62,852 bases of DNA from Nemertoderma westbladi (GCA_032718475.1 JAUCBJ010006436.1:1-62852), one strand, 5' to 3'. Shown: positions 1 to 13,947, counted from the stretch's first letter. The notes: generated from the sequence alone by a model not told the origin. Translations and numbers: made by a program.

Positions 1-1568
1 AGTGAGTGAGCCTTAGCGTAGTGGTACCATTAATCAACCTGTCGTTCTGTCGTTCTGTCGTTCTGTCGTTCTGTCGTGTTCAATTTTAAACGTTAATAAC
101 TCGGCCAATCTTTGATGAAATCTATCCAAACTTGGTACACATGTTGTTTGGCAAAAGTTTAGAAATTTTCCAAGTAGAATTTCAGTGTGGCCTTCGAGAA
201 GCTAAGATAATAGCAGTTAATTAGTTAATTAAGTTATTACGGTAAAAACACCATTTTCAACCTGCCTTTTAAAGGAAATTAATTGTTTTACAGTATAAGA
301 TTTAAATAATTATAATTAAAAATTATACAGATGTAATCCCCATACGCCATTCTATTATAGTTTTTAATTAGTTCAAGTGATTTGCTTTAATAATTGTGTC
401 TTTAATTGATCTAAAGTAATTAAAACGGCAAAAAAAATTTATTCTCATTAAATACTGCTCATTTATTGGCCAACATGCTGGTACATAGATGGGATGTGTG
501 TGTCATTCCCAGTTGCTGGGAATGATTATTGGTCAAGTCTCTGCTGCTGGCTGGGAGTTGTTGCTAAGACTAACCAGAGAGGAATAGTAATAGACAACCA
601 GTATTGCTATTCCAGCCCAGACAGCATTCTTTAAATTCACTATAAATGTTGTATTGCTATCTCAGGTGAATGACAGATATCATAACATAAATACTATCCA
701 TGGCATGGCTGTTGTGTAGGCTTCTGAAATAGTTTATTCCACAATGTATATGTCTGGTTATTTTTTAATTGAATTTTTGCAAAGTAGTAAAATTAATGTT
801 CTTAAAAATAATATTATTATTTTATATGTAACCTAGGAAATTAGCTACATTTTTTCGCTGCAGCTTTAAGAGTGTACATTAATTTAATATTATTTCAATA
901 CCCATATTACTACATCGGCATAAGATGCGTTGGCGTTGTATCACACATCTCCACATATCACACATATCCACATAGATGTATCAACAGTTACTCGCACAGT
1001 TTCGAAACTTCGCATAGTTATAACTGTATAAAGATCGTCAGTCTGCGTTTAGGAAAAATATTTTATAACAAAACAGGACAAGCGACGAGCGCAACGAGGC
1101 ATATAATGAAGACGAGTACTGCGTTGACTAAATTATTATATAAACCACCTGGCTTCACATATTGATCGCATCCCTAGTTATTATTATTATAAAGAACGTC
1201 CTAGCCTGCGTTTAAGAAATATATTTAAATACAAAACAGGACGAACGCAACGAGGCTTATAATGAATACGAGTACTGCGTTTATTATATTCCTATAAACC
1301 ACCTGGCTTTGCATATTGAACGTGCGATTGGAAATAAGTTCGTGCTACCCTTCCGTGGGTGGTAGATGTCGCGGTTATGTATTGGTGGTTGGGAAGGGTG
1401 GGGGGGGGGGGGGGGATTAAAAGGGGTGAACACGTACTGTCCCCCTTTCTTTGATTGATTGGTGGTGTGGGTAAATTTCTCAAAACCTGATTTTGTGATA
1501 CAGTCGCTCAATTTTAATTTGTATCTCATAACTGGGCCTCGTGCTGCGCGAAGGCCCCACGAACGTGT
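1..1568 (+). mobile_element. TGT-junction non-autonomous element, copy 1 (DINE-1/HINE-like architecture; head cut by window edge)
   Basis: Head ...AGTGAGTGAGCCTTAGCG, (CGTTCTGT)n microsatellite, conserved body, G-tract, and hairpin-bearing tail GGGCCTCGTGCTGCGCGAAGGCCCCACGAACG-TGT ending at 1568. Near-identical to 1569-3079 and similar to 60579-62181. Confidence 0.8.
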
Positions 1569-3079
1569 CGTTCTGTCGTTCTGTCGCGTTCAATTTTAAA
1601 CGTTAATAACTCGGCCAATCTTTGATGAAATCTATCCAAACTTGGTACACATGTTGTTTGGCAAAAGTTTAGAAATTTTCCAAGTAGAATTTCAGTGTGG
1701 CCTTCGAGAAGCTAAGATAATAGCAGTTAATTAGTTAATTAAGTTATTACGGTAAAAACACCATTTTCAACCTGCCTTTTAAAGGAAATTAATTGTTTTA
1801 CAGTATAAGATTTAAATAATTATAATTAAAAATTATACAGATGTAATCCCCATACGCCATTCTATTATAGTTTTTAATTAGTTCAAGTGATTTGCTTTAA
1901 TAATTGTGTCTTTAATTGATCTAAAGTAATTAAAACGGCAAAAAAAATTTATTCTCATTAAATACTGCTCATTTATTGGCCAACATGCTGGTACATAGAT
2001 GGGATGTGTGTGTCATTCCCAGTTGCTGGGAATGATTATTGGTCAAGTCTCTGCTGCTGGCTGGGAGTTGTTGCTAAGACTAACCAGAGAGGAATAGTAA
2101 TAGACAACCAGTATTGCTATTCCAGCCCAGACAGCATTCTTTAAATTCACTATAAATGTTGTATTGCTATCTCAGGTGAATGACAGATATCATAACATAA
2201 ATACTATCCATGGCATGGCTGTTGTGTAGGCTTCTGAAATAGTTTATTCCACAATGTATATGTCTGGTTATTTTTTAATTGAATTTTTGCAAAGTAGTAA
2301 AATTAATGTTCTTAAAAATAATATTATTATTTTATATGTAACCTAGGAAATTAGCTACATTTTTTCGCTGCAGCTTTAAGAGTGTACATTAATTTAATAT
2401 TATTTCAATACCCATATTACTACATCGGCATAAGATGCGTTGGCGTTGTATCACACATCTCCACATATCACACATATCCACATAGATGTATCAACAGTTA
2501 CTCGCACAGTTTCGAAACTTCGCATAGTTATAACTGTATAAAGATCGTCAGTCTGCGTTTAGGAAAAATATTTTATAACAAAACAGGACAAGCGACGAGC
2601 GCAACGAGGCATATAATGAAGACGAGTACTGCGTTGACTAAATTATTATATAAACCACCTGGCTTCACATATTGATCGCATCCCTAGTTATTATTATTAT
2701 AAAGAACGTCCTAGCCTGCGTTTAAGAAATATATTTAAATACAAAACAGGACGAACGCAACGAGGCTTATAATGAATACGAGTACTGCGTTTATTATATT
2801 CCTATAAACCACCTGGCTTTGCATATTGAAAGTGCGATTGGAAATAAGTTCGTGCTACCCTTCCGTGGGTGGTAGATGTCGCGGTTATGTATTGGTGGTT
2901 GGGAAGGGTGGGGGGGGGGGGGGGGGATTAAAAGGGGTGAACACGTACTGTCCCCCTTTCTTTGATTGATTGGTGGTGTGGGTAAATTTCTCAAAACCTG
3001 ATTTTGTGATACAGTCGCTCAATTTTAATTTGTATCTCATAACTGGGCCTCGTGCTGCGCGAAGGCCCCACGAACGTGT
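1569..3079 (+). mobile_element. TGT-junction element, copy 2 (resumes inside its microsatellite; tail fused to RTE LINE sequence)
   Basis: 1510-bp offset near-perfect duplicate of copy 1 (identical 97-aa ORFs at 872 and 2382). Tail ...GAACG-TGT at 3077-3079 is followed directly by RTE sequence. Confidence 0.8.
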
Positions 3080-3660
3080 TGTTCGGTACATGTCTACTAT
3101 GATGGGATAGATGAGCTTTAAACACTCAGGTATTTTAAAGACCTTAGGGGGAACACCATCTACTCCACTGGCACGATTGGTCTTAATGCTCTTTGCAGCA
3201 GCCTTCACTTCTGCAAAGGAGATATCGCCAATGGGAATATCTGGGAGTATAGACTCAGACACTTGCACTTCTATAAAGTTATCAGGCAATACCCTGTCAT
3301 TATTGAGGAGCTTTTCAAAGTGGGCCTTCCAACCATTGAGGCGATCAGCTGGTGATTCAGCCTTAACCTTGGTGGTTGGTTGGCTTTTCCGCCCAGTGAG
3401 CAAGTTGATCGACTTCCATGCATGGGATGATTGCCTGCTGTCGTCAGCATCAATGATGGCATCAACCTGTCGCTTTATAAGCCCCTGTAGAATAACAGAG
3501 TAAAGCCTCTTCAGGGACCTAGATGCAGCCTTAACTACATTCTTGGCCGCTGTAGTCCGTTTAAGTCGGGACTCTTTTAGCGCCTTATCCTTATATGTAG
3601 AGGTCATTTCGGCACTTTCCGAATTCTGTGGTCAGTCCATGGGGACGTTTTCCGGGACTC
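3080..3660 (-). mobile_element. RTE-clade LINE fragment (linker/RT N-terminal region)
   Basis: Highly similar to 40465-41020; encodes ...WKAHFEKLLN...NRASGVDGVPP...; truncated at the TGT-element insertion. Confidence 0.85.
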
Positions 3661-3709
3661 TTACACTTTGCCGTGCCATTCATTTTTTGATATAATAATA
3701 TGATCTTAA

Positions 3710-4040
3710 AATATTTGTTCTAGAACAAAATAATTTCTATATTAAATGAATAGATAATATGTTGTAGAACATTAAAAAAAAGTAACAAAAACTAGCTAAG
3801 TATAAAACATTTATACAAACATAACACATACAATAAAAAATTAAAAAAAATTAACAAATTATCTAGTGCATCTAAAATAAAAAATATTTGTTCTAAAACA
3901 ACATTTTTATATTAAAATAATAGATAATATGTTCTAGAATATTTAAACAAAAAAGAAACAAAAACTAGCTAGTATAAAAAATTTATACAAAGATAACATA
4001 CAATAAAAAATTAAAAAAATTGACAAATTAGCTAGTGCTT
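3710..4040. repeat. Two-copy AT-rich tandem duplication (~175 bp), related to the MITE at 55725-56106
   Basis: AAAATATTTGTTCTA...AAAACTAGCTA...CATACAATAAAAAATTAAAAAAA occurs twice. Confidence 0.55.
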
Positions 4041-5201
4041 GCTAGCAGAATATGGTAAACAGAATATGGTCTATCTGGGATTTGTGACCACTTGGGTCCA
4101 CTATGCGTTCATAGCTTTCCAGTTCTCTTCTTGAACTGGGTTCCAGCCGAAAACAATCCATTTCCAGAGAATTCTCTCGGCAACTTCATCTGGCATCGTA
4201 GCTTATAAAATTCTAACAGTATAGTATCAAGTAATAAGTAAGTAACAAGACCCAATTCATGACTTTTAATGTTGAAGGAAACTTGACCACAATTGATAAT
4301 AATAAACTAAGGAAGGTTGACGACTTCCAATACTTAATAATTCTAAAGTTAGGAAAGGCATCATTAGAAAGAGGGTTTAAACGATGTGCCGAGTGTCGGC
4401 GTCCAAGAAATCCAAGATACAGATGAATTAAAAAATTATAAATGACCCCCCCCCCCCCCCCCCCCCACCACACCCCTTTTTATCTATTTTTATAGAGGAG
4501 TATTTTCATTATTGCTGCGGAACTGCTACGGTGCAACTCCACAACTCATTACCCCTCACACTTCCGCTCTTCAACGGAAATAATACACCCCAAATATACG
4601 GGCTCTGTTAGCATAGCGCCAGAACCTAATATTGTATTTTTTCCAGTTACCTGTATTAACGCCCTCTAATTCAGGCCCTCAGCTACTCAAATAAGGCCAC
4701 CCCACCTAATGTGAATCTCAGTAGTATACCGAACTCGTTCGAGACAGAGTGTCGCCATTTAATAGGCCTCTCGCCATGTAACAGACCCAGGTACTATAGA
4801 ACTAGAATTAGGACGCATTCAGACAGTGTCGCCATTTCATAATAACTATATACTGAAGCTACACAAAGGAGCAGGATAAGGTGAGAAGTGATTATCTAAT
4901 AATAACACACAATCAGATTATTATACTTATACATACTCCTCCTTTAACAAAGCCGCATTCAACTCCCTTAATAGCCTGTGTGCTGGCTGTATTAATGCCT
5001 CAGTGGGCGGTCTCTAGTACTGAAGGCCAAACTCATCTCGGGGTAAGTTAGAAATCTGTCAATAATAAAAATGAAAGCGAGCCGACATTTAGTCAGAGCA
5101 ACCAAATAGATGGAACATTCCAAGGAGACAGACAGCCTGGATTTAGCTGTTTCGAGTTAAAACGACTCACCAAAATGACCAAATAGCCCATAGGAATTAA
5201 A

Positions 5202-6094
5202 ACACGTTCGTGGGGCCTTCGCACAGGACGAGGCCCAGTTATGAGATACAAATTAAAATTGAGCGACTGTATCACAGAATCAGTATTTTAGAAATTTAAC
5301 CATACGGACAATCAATCAAAGAAAGGGGGACACTACGTGTTCAGCCCTTTTAATCTGCCCCCCCCCCCCCCCCCCCCCCATACATAAGTCCGCGATATCT
5401 ACCACCCAAGGGGCGGAAGGGTAGCACAAACTTATTTCCAATCACACGTTCAATATGCGAAGCCATGTGGTTTATAGGAAATATCGAAAACTCGAGAAAA
5501 TCGAGAATACGATAAACTCGATCGAAATACCTGCTCATCCCAGTATCCGTCCGTAGTTACCGGACAGCTGCGGTTTATTCCCGTAGAACAGTAGAATTTA
5601 GAGTTTAACAGAGTTTAGAGTTAACAGTTTACAGGTTTAGGTACAATAATCAGCAGTCAGCCTACGATAATTTTGAAGGCTAGGTCCTTGTCATGGCCTG
5701 TTGTTTAGATGGCCTTGCCAACGACCTGAAGACGGTACCGGAAACTCTGTACCACTGTAACAGTTAACAGTACCGGTACCGTACTGTAATCCTGTAGTCT
5801 CCTAGCAACCCGCTGATGCCAACCTAATAATTTTTGGGTAGATAAATTCATTATAACTGCAAGACAGTTACACAGATGCTGCACGAAGGCCCCACGCAAA
5901 TTCAACTTGGAAAATTTCTAAACTTTTGCCAGACTACATGTACCAAATTTGGATATATTTTATCGAGATTTGGCTGAGTTATTAAAGTTTGAAATTGGAC
6001 ACAACAGATCGACAGATCAACAGAACAACAGACACACCGATTGAGTTAGTGGTACCTGTATTCTAAGCTCGCTTACTTTCGTTGCTCCCCCACA
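5202..6094 (-). mobile_element. Diverged, internally rearranged copy of the TGT-junction element
   Basis: Reverse tail ACA-CGTTCGTGGGGCCTTCGC at 5202 and reverse head TTCGTTGCTCCCCC-ACA ending at 6094; both ends sit on ACA (TGT on the minus strand). Confidence 0.7.
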
Positions 6095-6109
6095 CTACTT
6101 ATTGACTTA

Positions 6110-6602
6110 CCGAATTTACTCGAATAAGAGCCCCCCCCCCCCCCCCCCCCCCCACGAATTAACGCCCCCTTACCATCAAATTAGCAACTCTTCCCCGAAT
6201 GAACGCCCCGGTGTTTAATAATATTACAATGTGAGGCGTTAACATTGTTGAGTGTTATGTTAACTGGTTGTTAATAATACTGAAGGTAAATGTAGTAGGG
6301 TCAGGGTGTTATACCGCTGTAATAGGCTGTATATGTAATAAAGATAATCCTGGTTCTATTTGAATTATTTCATTTGTTTAACTTGTTTTCTTGAATTTAA
6401 CAAAATTCTTTATTAGGGTATTTAGATTCAATATGCTGAAAATCTAGAACATAAACATTAACGCCCCCATTCGAACTATACAATATGGAACTTAAACGCC
6501 CTCCCCGAATAAACGCCCCCCCCCCCCCCCCCCTCGAATAAACGCCGCCCAAATTGGAAATTTATAAACTTAATCGCCCTTATCTTATTCGAGTAAATAC
6601 GG
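6110..6602. mobile_element. Tc1/pogo-type MITE
   Basis: TIRs CCGAATTTACTCGAATAAG / CTTATTCGAGTAAATACGG flanked by TA on both sides. Confidence 0.7.
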
Positions 6603-6645
6603 TACTTAGAATACACTACGTATTTGTATTTAGGTTTCAGCCCGC

Positions 6646-6863
6646 TACACTGTCGGCACAACGTAACGCCGACACTGTCGGCACAACGTAACGCCAACAC
6701 TGTCGGCACATTGTCAGCACATTATCTGGATCTGCACACTGTCGGCACAACCTTATGCCGACACTGTCGGCACAACGTAACGCCAACACTGTCGGCACAT
6801 TGTCAGCACATTATCTGGATCTGCACACTGTCGGCACAACCTTATGCCGACACTGTCGGCACA
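6646..6863. repeat. Minisatellite built on ACACTGTCGGCACA with an 87-bp higher-order duplication
   Basis: Repeated ACACTGTCGGCACAAC units visible directly. Confidence 0.75.
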
Positions 6864-8650
6864 GCGTTTACACCCATCGAAAGCCCCATCTAGAATCAAT
6901 AACAACATTTCCCGGCGCCGATGAATTAATATTTTTCTGTAACCCTATGTCATTGCCATTAGGCTATAATCTCAGAAATTCAACAACATTTATAAGATTC
7001 GATTATGAGTTGAGAGGAATTAATAAATTAATAAAGTAAATATGAAACATTTTAATTAATAAGAGTTGACCTCAAGCACAAACTAACGTATTCATTTATT
7101 AATTAGTATTAAATAACAAGCACAACATATATAACACAAATTATATTACACATTTCTCTAAACTTAGTATCACTGACCCCAAGGTAGTATATGTTTATTA
7201 CCAGTACCACTCACACACAACCCAAACAGATACCTAAACCAATTTGGTACCGGTACCGTTAAGTCCAAATTATAATACGATTCGCTTTAAAATAACCAAT
7301 GAATGAAATCAAATTGTAATAAATAATTAATTAATTAAATACCATCAATGATATTAATGGAATCTTAAGCACCACGGATGAGTCGTATCGTTTGTCTTGA
7401 TATAAATCAGGGCAGTCAAGTCTAAACTATCTATATCTTCTACAATAATTTAGAACGGCTTGGTATATAATAATGTGAAATAACCTACAGTAACCAGCAT
7501 ACACACAACACCGACATATCTAAACAGAAACACAACTGAAAGCTAATTGAATTACATTTTAATGCATAGCCCCCCGTTAATAGTTCAAACGGACTATAGA
7601 AAAAAAAACTATAGTAAAAAATACACACAATACAATAATGGGTGGGAATCTACTAGTATCAGAGAGCTGGTGAAACTAATAATATTTCAACGTTCGGATT
7701 ACTTAATACTGCAGAACGTAAAATAAACTGTTTAAAGTTCAGGAAAATATTTTAATATATAAATTGTTTTGTTTTACGTCCATCTAAATTACGTTTATGA
7801 AAAATAATTACGTATTAACTACTTTAGGTTCGGCACAGGAAGCGAAATAATTTAGCTTAAAAACTGATATGCGATAATAAATAACGACACGAAATGATAT
7901 TGATAAATGTTATAAATCCGGGTAAAATGTTAAAATATGAGTTGGTGTTTGGTGACGTAAATTATAAACGCGATGAGGAACCGACAAAGTGAAAACATTT
8001 GCACTAACAACGATGAGAACGTTTTAAATACCGGTAACTTATCATTCTCACTCGATACGCCGACATACACTTTATCTGATGCCTCGCGTTCTATAATGAT
8101 ATGAAGACACCTGATTTATCAAAATTCGACTATAGTTTAAAATTTGAATTCCGTTTTAATATTTTTGTGGATTTATTTGGGAATTATAATCATTTCTTAA
8201 GCGTTTCTGAGAACAATTAATATTATATACGGATACGCTTTACATTGTTACATGTCGATCGACAATCCGAGTAATAATGACTGATCCTCCAATGTTTCAA
8301 TCGAGACAGGGTGGGGGGGGGGGGGGGGGTTAAATATAATTTTAGGGAAGGACCAGACGTTATTATAACCAAAACAATAAACTAAAGTCAATACAACAGG
8401 TTATTATAGTTTTATTTTTAAGAGAATAATCAGCTGTTATTTGGGCCGATTTTCCCTGGAAAGGGATGAATGTTCGAACCCCCCCCCCCCCCCCCCCCAC
8501 CTGTCTGTATGTTCCCATCACAGGAATGCGGCTGGGACCACACTGTCAGAAACTCAGTGCAACTAAAACTTTATAAAAACAATGCAGTTTAATTTATAGA
8601 ACAAGTGAGTTTGCAATAGAAGATAAGCAAAATATCATGTCGATTGTTTA

Positions 8651-11229
8651 CTATAATTGTTTCTTAGTTTGGGACATTAACGTAGAGCGACTGAGACTGA
8701 CGGGGAGGGTTTGCGCGGACCCCAAGGTCCCGGGTTCGACCCCGGTGTACAGCTGCGCGGTCTGAGGGGCAGTGAGTTTGTAGTACATCTTACTGACGAG
8801 GTTCTGCCAGATATGTTCGGCGAGTTGGTCGATGAGTTCGGCGACGTCCCGGTGTTCGCCGCTGTACCGGCAGTAGCCCCACAGACACAACGCCAGGATG
8901 GCGAACCCAAGGAGGAGACTGAGGATGTTGGAGAAGGCATAGAGGCCAACCATAGAGAAGACACCGCTCTGTACGTAACAGGCGATCATCACGACGAACA
9001 GAGTGGCCGGGGTGCGAGCCGTGTGGAAGATGTTCTTGGCCGCGTTCTGTTTCCCGAACTCATCGAAGGCGTCGTCGAGTTCTGCGTTCAGACGATCAGC
9101 GAACTCACCGCTGAACGTCGGACCGCCCATCTTCCGCGTCGTTTCGAACTTATTCAACGCGAATTGCTTCATCTGAAGATGGTGGGCCTCCAGTTGGTCT
9201 GGGGAAATAAAGGGTTTATCTCCCCCACAAACCGCCTCCATTCCCTGAAACACAAGGGATATAAAGTGTTTATTTCTCCCACAAATTGGCTGAAACGCAA
9301 AAACAAGTATTTATTTGCCGTATTTTTGACGGAGGATGCGAGATGTTATTAAGTAATATAAATTGAATTCAGTCTGTTCAACATTAGGGTGTTTAAGTAA
9401 CTAGCAGTCTTATCCACTCAGAAATAATGAAATGGTAGTGTTTAATATCCATGAAACATTCCGCCAAAGTATTCTTACTTATTGAATAATTTCTACAAAT
9501 AATTTGTACCACAAATTATATCAACTATGATTATTGTTCAGTACCAACGCTGTGCCTTTCTACAAAAACATCCGTAAGCTATAACCTATGCTTTACTATA
9601 TCCCCAAGCCACCGCCCTTAGCAATAATTATACATACTAATTAATTAATTATAGTATTAGTATCTAGGCGCCCTGAAGGATCAAGAATGATAACAATTTA
9701 GATATACGATGAAAAGTGATTGACATGGAAATGATTAGGGTTCAAAGAATTAATTCGACTTCGTATAAATTGTATTCTGTATGCAATTACATGTTATAAT
9801 TGGATGTAATTTATGGTTGTAATTATAATCCTTTTAATCCAAGAAAATGATTGTGATATTAACGAGCAGATAATGTATATCGTCGACGAAAAATACTCAA
9901 TGTGTTATGTAAATCATCTCCCACCCCTTTCTACTGTGAGTAGGAAGGCAAGAAACTCATTAACGTTTTCGGTTCTCACAAAGTAACTTCACCAACTGCC
10001 CACTGTGTTAACTTACGATATATCTAGACAATATTTCAAACTCACTCATGTATATGGACTGGTTCCAGAACTTCGGCACCATACTGTACGATAGGCTCAA
10101 AATTCGAAAATTGGATTCCCGTATCGTAGTGTTCTGACCCTGAGAATAACAAAAATACATACAAACAAACAACCCCTACCTTTACGTAGGCGTCCTTACT
10201 GATGGCGACTGCGGCGAGATTATTCGCCTCGGCGGTCGCTCGTAACATCGACTTCGGTTCCGGTAACTCATCCCCCAGAAACAACTCCATGTAACGCTTA
10301 AAATACTCGAACAACTCGCGGCACTTAATCAACTCCCCATTAATCTCCTTAACAACGAGTTTCTCTTTACTCAACAAACTCGGCACTAATTGTTTCAACT
10401 GTTCCTTAAACTGTGGGTCAATGTCATCCAACTGGCCATCGAACCGCGGGTCCGTGGCAACCCGGAGACCAGGATGCGGCATTAGGAAGCAGCTCACGTC
10501 GGTGAAACAGCCCCGGATGTTGTCCCTAACCTGTCGCAACTCAACGTGCTGCGACTCACAGACCTCCAGTATCTTCTCGAGCTTCCGTTTGCCGCCCTCC
10601 AGGCCGTAATCGAACTCGTACGGGTAGGACCAATCCCGTACGAGGAACAACAGTTTCTGGAAGGGTTTCTCCGGGGATTCCTGCATCGCTAATCTCCCGT
10701 ACTCGGTGAACAACTGGAGATGCTGCAAATCGTCTTCCTGAATATTCTGACTGAGGTTATAAACCTGCACGGAGCTGAGCATTGTCGACAAAGCGAAGAC
10801 CGTAGCGCAGTCCTTAACAGTTGATTGGCTATCAAACGCGCCTTGAGTGTCCATCAATAGGATTGCGACTTTATGCCCCGAGGCGGTTTTAACCAAATAT
10901 ATTTCATCCCACACTAAGATCCCGGTTGTATGTCGTTCCGATCCGCCCTTCCAAGGGAACCCCCCGACTGTCTGCGAAGTCTCCAGCAGCCACTCCCCGG
11001 TGCCGTGACTGTTCATATAACCCAGAAGGAAGTTGAGAAGGAAGCTCTTACCTTTGCGGAAGGCCCCCGCTATGGATATGACGACGACGTTACGGTCGCT
11101 AATCCGGGGGTCCAACAGGAGTTTACCCAAGGCATCCTCGTCCAACTCGAATGTGTGATCGGGTTTGGCAAGGACAACCTGAACCGGTCCCGCTTCCGGT
11201 ATGGGTTCCTTAGTTACCGGTTCATTCAT
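8651..11229 (-). CDS. ATL: Atlastin (ER membrane-fusion GTPase), join(11229..10180, 9244..8651), ~547 aa
   Basis: G1 [12 protein letters not shown]3 LLMDTQG and FLVRDW motifs. Donor AAG|GTAGGG at 10179 and acceptor TTTCAG|GGA at 9245 join in phase 0 to give [21 protein letters not shown] (atlastin helical bundle), followed by two TM segments and an amphipathic tail. Confidence 0.95.
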
Positions 11230-12934
11230 ATTAATAATGATATACTGATATATACACTGATACACACTGACCTGCTGACAGAGATATAAACTGATATAAA
11301 TATTTATAAAACTATTAAATAGGCCTACAGAAATATAAGCAATAGGCTTATAAACAATGCAGCAATATAAATATTAAAAATGTGCAGGACAGCAGAGTGT
11401 TAGTGCAGTAGTGGTTAGTATTGCTGTATTCAGGTATTGTATATCTCAGCTCAGTCTGTCAGTATCTGCTGTCTGCAATCACGCTAACCGATCATTAAGA
11501 CTACATGGACTACCCTTCTACTGTTCTAGCCTTCAGCAATATAGGATAGTAGGATAGGCCCATCTGCCCATGATGGCCTGCCACTGCCTGTGCCAGCCAT
11601 ATAACTGTATAACATACAGCATATAGGCTGTATAGGGGCCACATGAGAGCAAAAACGCAAGCACTCACTTTCTGAACAACCAATAATATTGCCTGTTTTA
11701 TAAATGCTCTCAGTTGGTAGGCCTATCTGTCAGTCTGTCTGTTTGATTGGTCTGTTGGTTGTTATGTGAGTGCTGGCTAATCTTAGCCAGCATTAAATTC
11801 ACTAAATCAACAAGCTGACAAGCACTCAATGCTGCAACTGTGCAATGTGTGTGTACACATACAGACAGAGGAGTCAATACGTTTCACAGTTTCACAAAAG
11901 GCATAATGGAGGGGGTACCGGCTGACCGGTAGTCGCAAAACCTTTCTTGTCGAATTACAAGCACGGCTGACGGCCCGGCGAATTAACAATGATAATTATT
12001 AAGTGAGGGGAAGGAGCAGGTTGCTTTGCTGTGGGGTTGGGGTGGGGTGGCAGGATAATCTGATAATGGATATAATAATAACAATTTTTATTACGTATTA
12101 TAAATACTATATTTATTATTTATTTTGAAATAAAAAGAAGAAGGTAAAAAGAGCACAAAACGGCCGATATGTATAACCAATAGCAATAATACAGTAATAT
12201 AATCAATAATACAATGATATCTATCCGTTTGGGTCCGTTTTTGTACCGTCTGACCGTACCGTTTGGGATTTTATCCCTACCGTTCTGCCGTTTCATTCCT
12301 GCATTAACTCAGTCTGTAAGTTAACTTAAGTACCGGCAACCGGTACATTCTTGAATTCTTTCATTATTATGTATTACAGTCAGTCACTGCAAACAATCAC
12401 ACATTCTGACATTTAGGTACGGTAAGTTCTGAAGTTGGTTAGAGTACATCATAGAACTGTGAACTGTAGAGCCACAGCACCTGCAGAGCACTAAACTCAT
12501 ATTTAAATATGGGCCTAAACTACTTTAAGTTCTGAAGTTACATTGAGTGCTTGTTGATTCAGTGCCTACAAATGTGGCCTAGCAGATAGGGTAGGTTTCT
12601 TAAATAGGAAGTTTTTTTCTTCCTATTTAGGAAAAAGTGCTTCCTACTGTAAATAGGAAATTTTTGCCATTTTTCTGAATATTTTCTTCGTTATCTTTTG
12701 AAATAAATTTTAGCGGCATATTTGAATTCCTGGTTATTGGAGGAATCTATAGGTACTACGTTTGTTGTGAAAACTAGAAAAAAATTGTTTATTGTTTTGG
12801 TTAAAATAACGTGCCACTGTAACCTGCTCCTTTCCCTAAATTGAGAATTTAACAGTGAGGCGGGATATTAATTCGCTAAGGCGGGTTTTGCGTCCAGCCC
12901 CCCCCCCCCCCCCCCCCCCCCCCTATCTCCGCAA

Positions 12935-13785
12935 ATCTATTGCGAATTTTGTTCCTACAGTATGACAGCGAATTTTGTTCCACTCACAATAACAGTACTG
13001 CAGTAGCTAGGCTTAAGGTAGATGAAAAACAACAGGCATTCTGAAATTAACTTTACCACGATTTAACATAATAGTATTAGATTGAATAGGAAACTTTTAC
13101 TTACTTCGAGAATCATTATTATAAATTAATTTTGCTTTAGAAATTATTTTACCACCAGTATTCTCAAACCGCTATAGTGGCGCACATTGAGCGCAAGTGA
13201 AATAATTTATAGTTTATTGTTTTAGTTAGAAACACCACCACTGTAACCTGCTCCTTTCCACTGATGTTCTTAATTAAATGAAGCTAAATTTAAATGTATT
13301 GGACAAGTGCCCTATTCGAAAACTGGCCTATTGGGCATATACTGTAACAAATAATAATTGTTTGATTTCGAATTTTTACATCCTATGCATATTGCGTAGT
13401 TGGATTAATTGTAAACTACACGACATTAAGTAAGATAAACTAAATATAACTTAGTAATAAATAACCCAATCCACAAACTGAAAGTAACTTACAGAGATTG
13501 GAACAAAGTTCGCAATAATAGGTCAAAGTTCGCATTCATAGGAACAAAGTTCGCAATAATAGGTCAAAGTTCGCATTGATAGGAACAAAGTTCGCAATAA
13601 TTGGAACATAATTATTCAATTCAATATTCTATTCCATTCAATTATTCTATTCAATTACAAAATTCAATAGGGACATAGTTCGCAAGTAGAGGAACAAAGT
13701 TCGCTTCGCGTTGGAACAAATTTCGCAAAAATTCAATAGGAACAAATTTCGCAAAATATCAATAGGAACAAAATTCGCGCCCCCA
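12935..13785. repeat. Foldback-like element with a tandem ~21-bp GGAACAAAGTTCGCA array and inverted copies
   Basis: Array at 13497-13780; reverse-complement units GCGAATTTTGTTCC at 12942-12980. Confidence 0.5.
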
Positions 13786-13879
13786 GTAAACCAGGTTGGA
13801 ATTCATGCTGCAAAACTCGGACGCGTACCTGCGCGAATGACCGCGAACTAGAAATTTCTTAAGTACCGATTTTGGGATA

Positions 13880-13947
13880 GAATTGCTCAATTTTAATCTG
13901 TATCTAATAACTGACCCTTGTCCTGCACGATGGCCCCACGAACGTGT
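13880..13947 (+). mobile_element. Solo tail fragment of the TGT-junction element
   Basis: CTCAATTTTAATCTGTATCTAATAACTG...GGCCCCACGAACG-TGT. Confidence 0.65.

Noticed and set aside
872-1165. 97-aa ORF conserved in three copies (872, 2382, 61484)
   Set aside because: Starts at GTG, has no recognisable motif, and is conserved only because the whole element copies are near-identical.
2885-3607. 240-aa ORF as a novel fusion protein
   Set aside because: An RTE fragment reading through by chance into the inserted element tail.
8711-9352. 213-aa plus-strand ORF and other antisense/overlapping ORFs over atlastin, NCBP1, PARN and the RING gene
   Set aside because: Shadow frames of GC-richer coding exons with no independent motifs.
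10042-10179. C-terminal 45 aa of the 407-aa atlastin ORF
   Set aside because: Intron read-through past the GTAGGG donor; atlastin similarity resumes at 9244.
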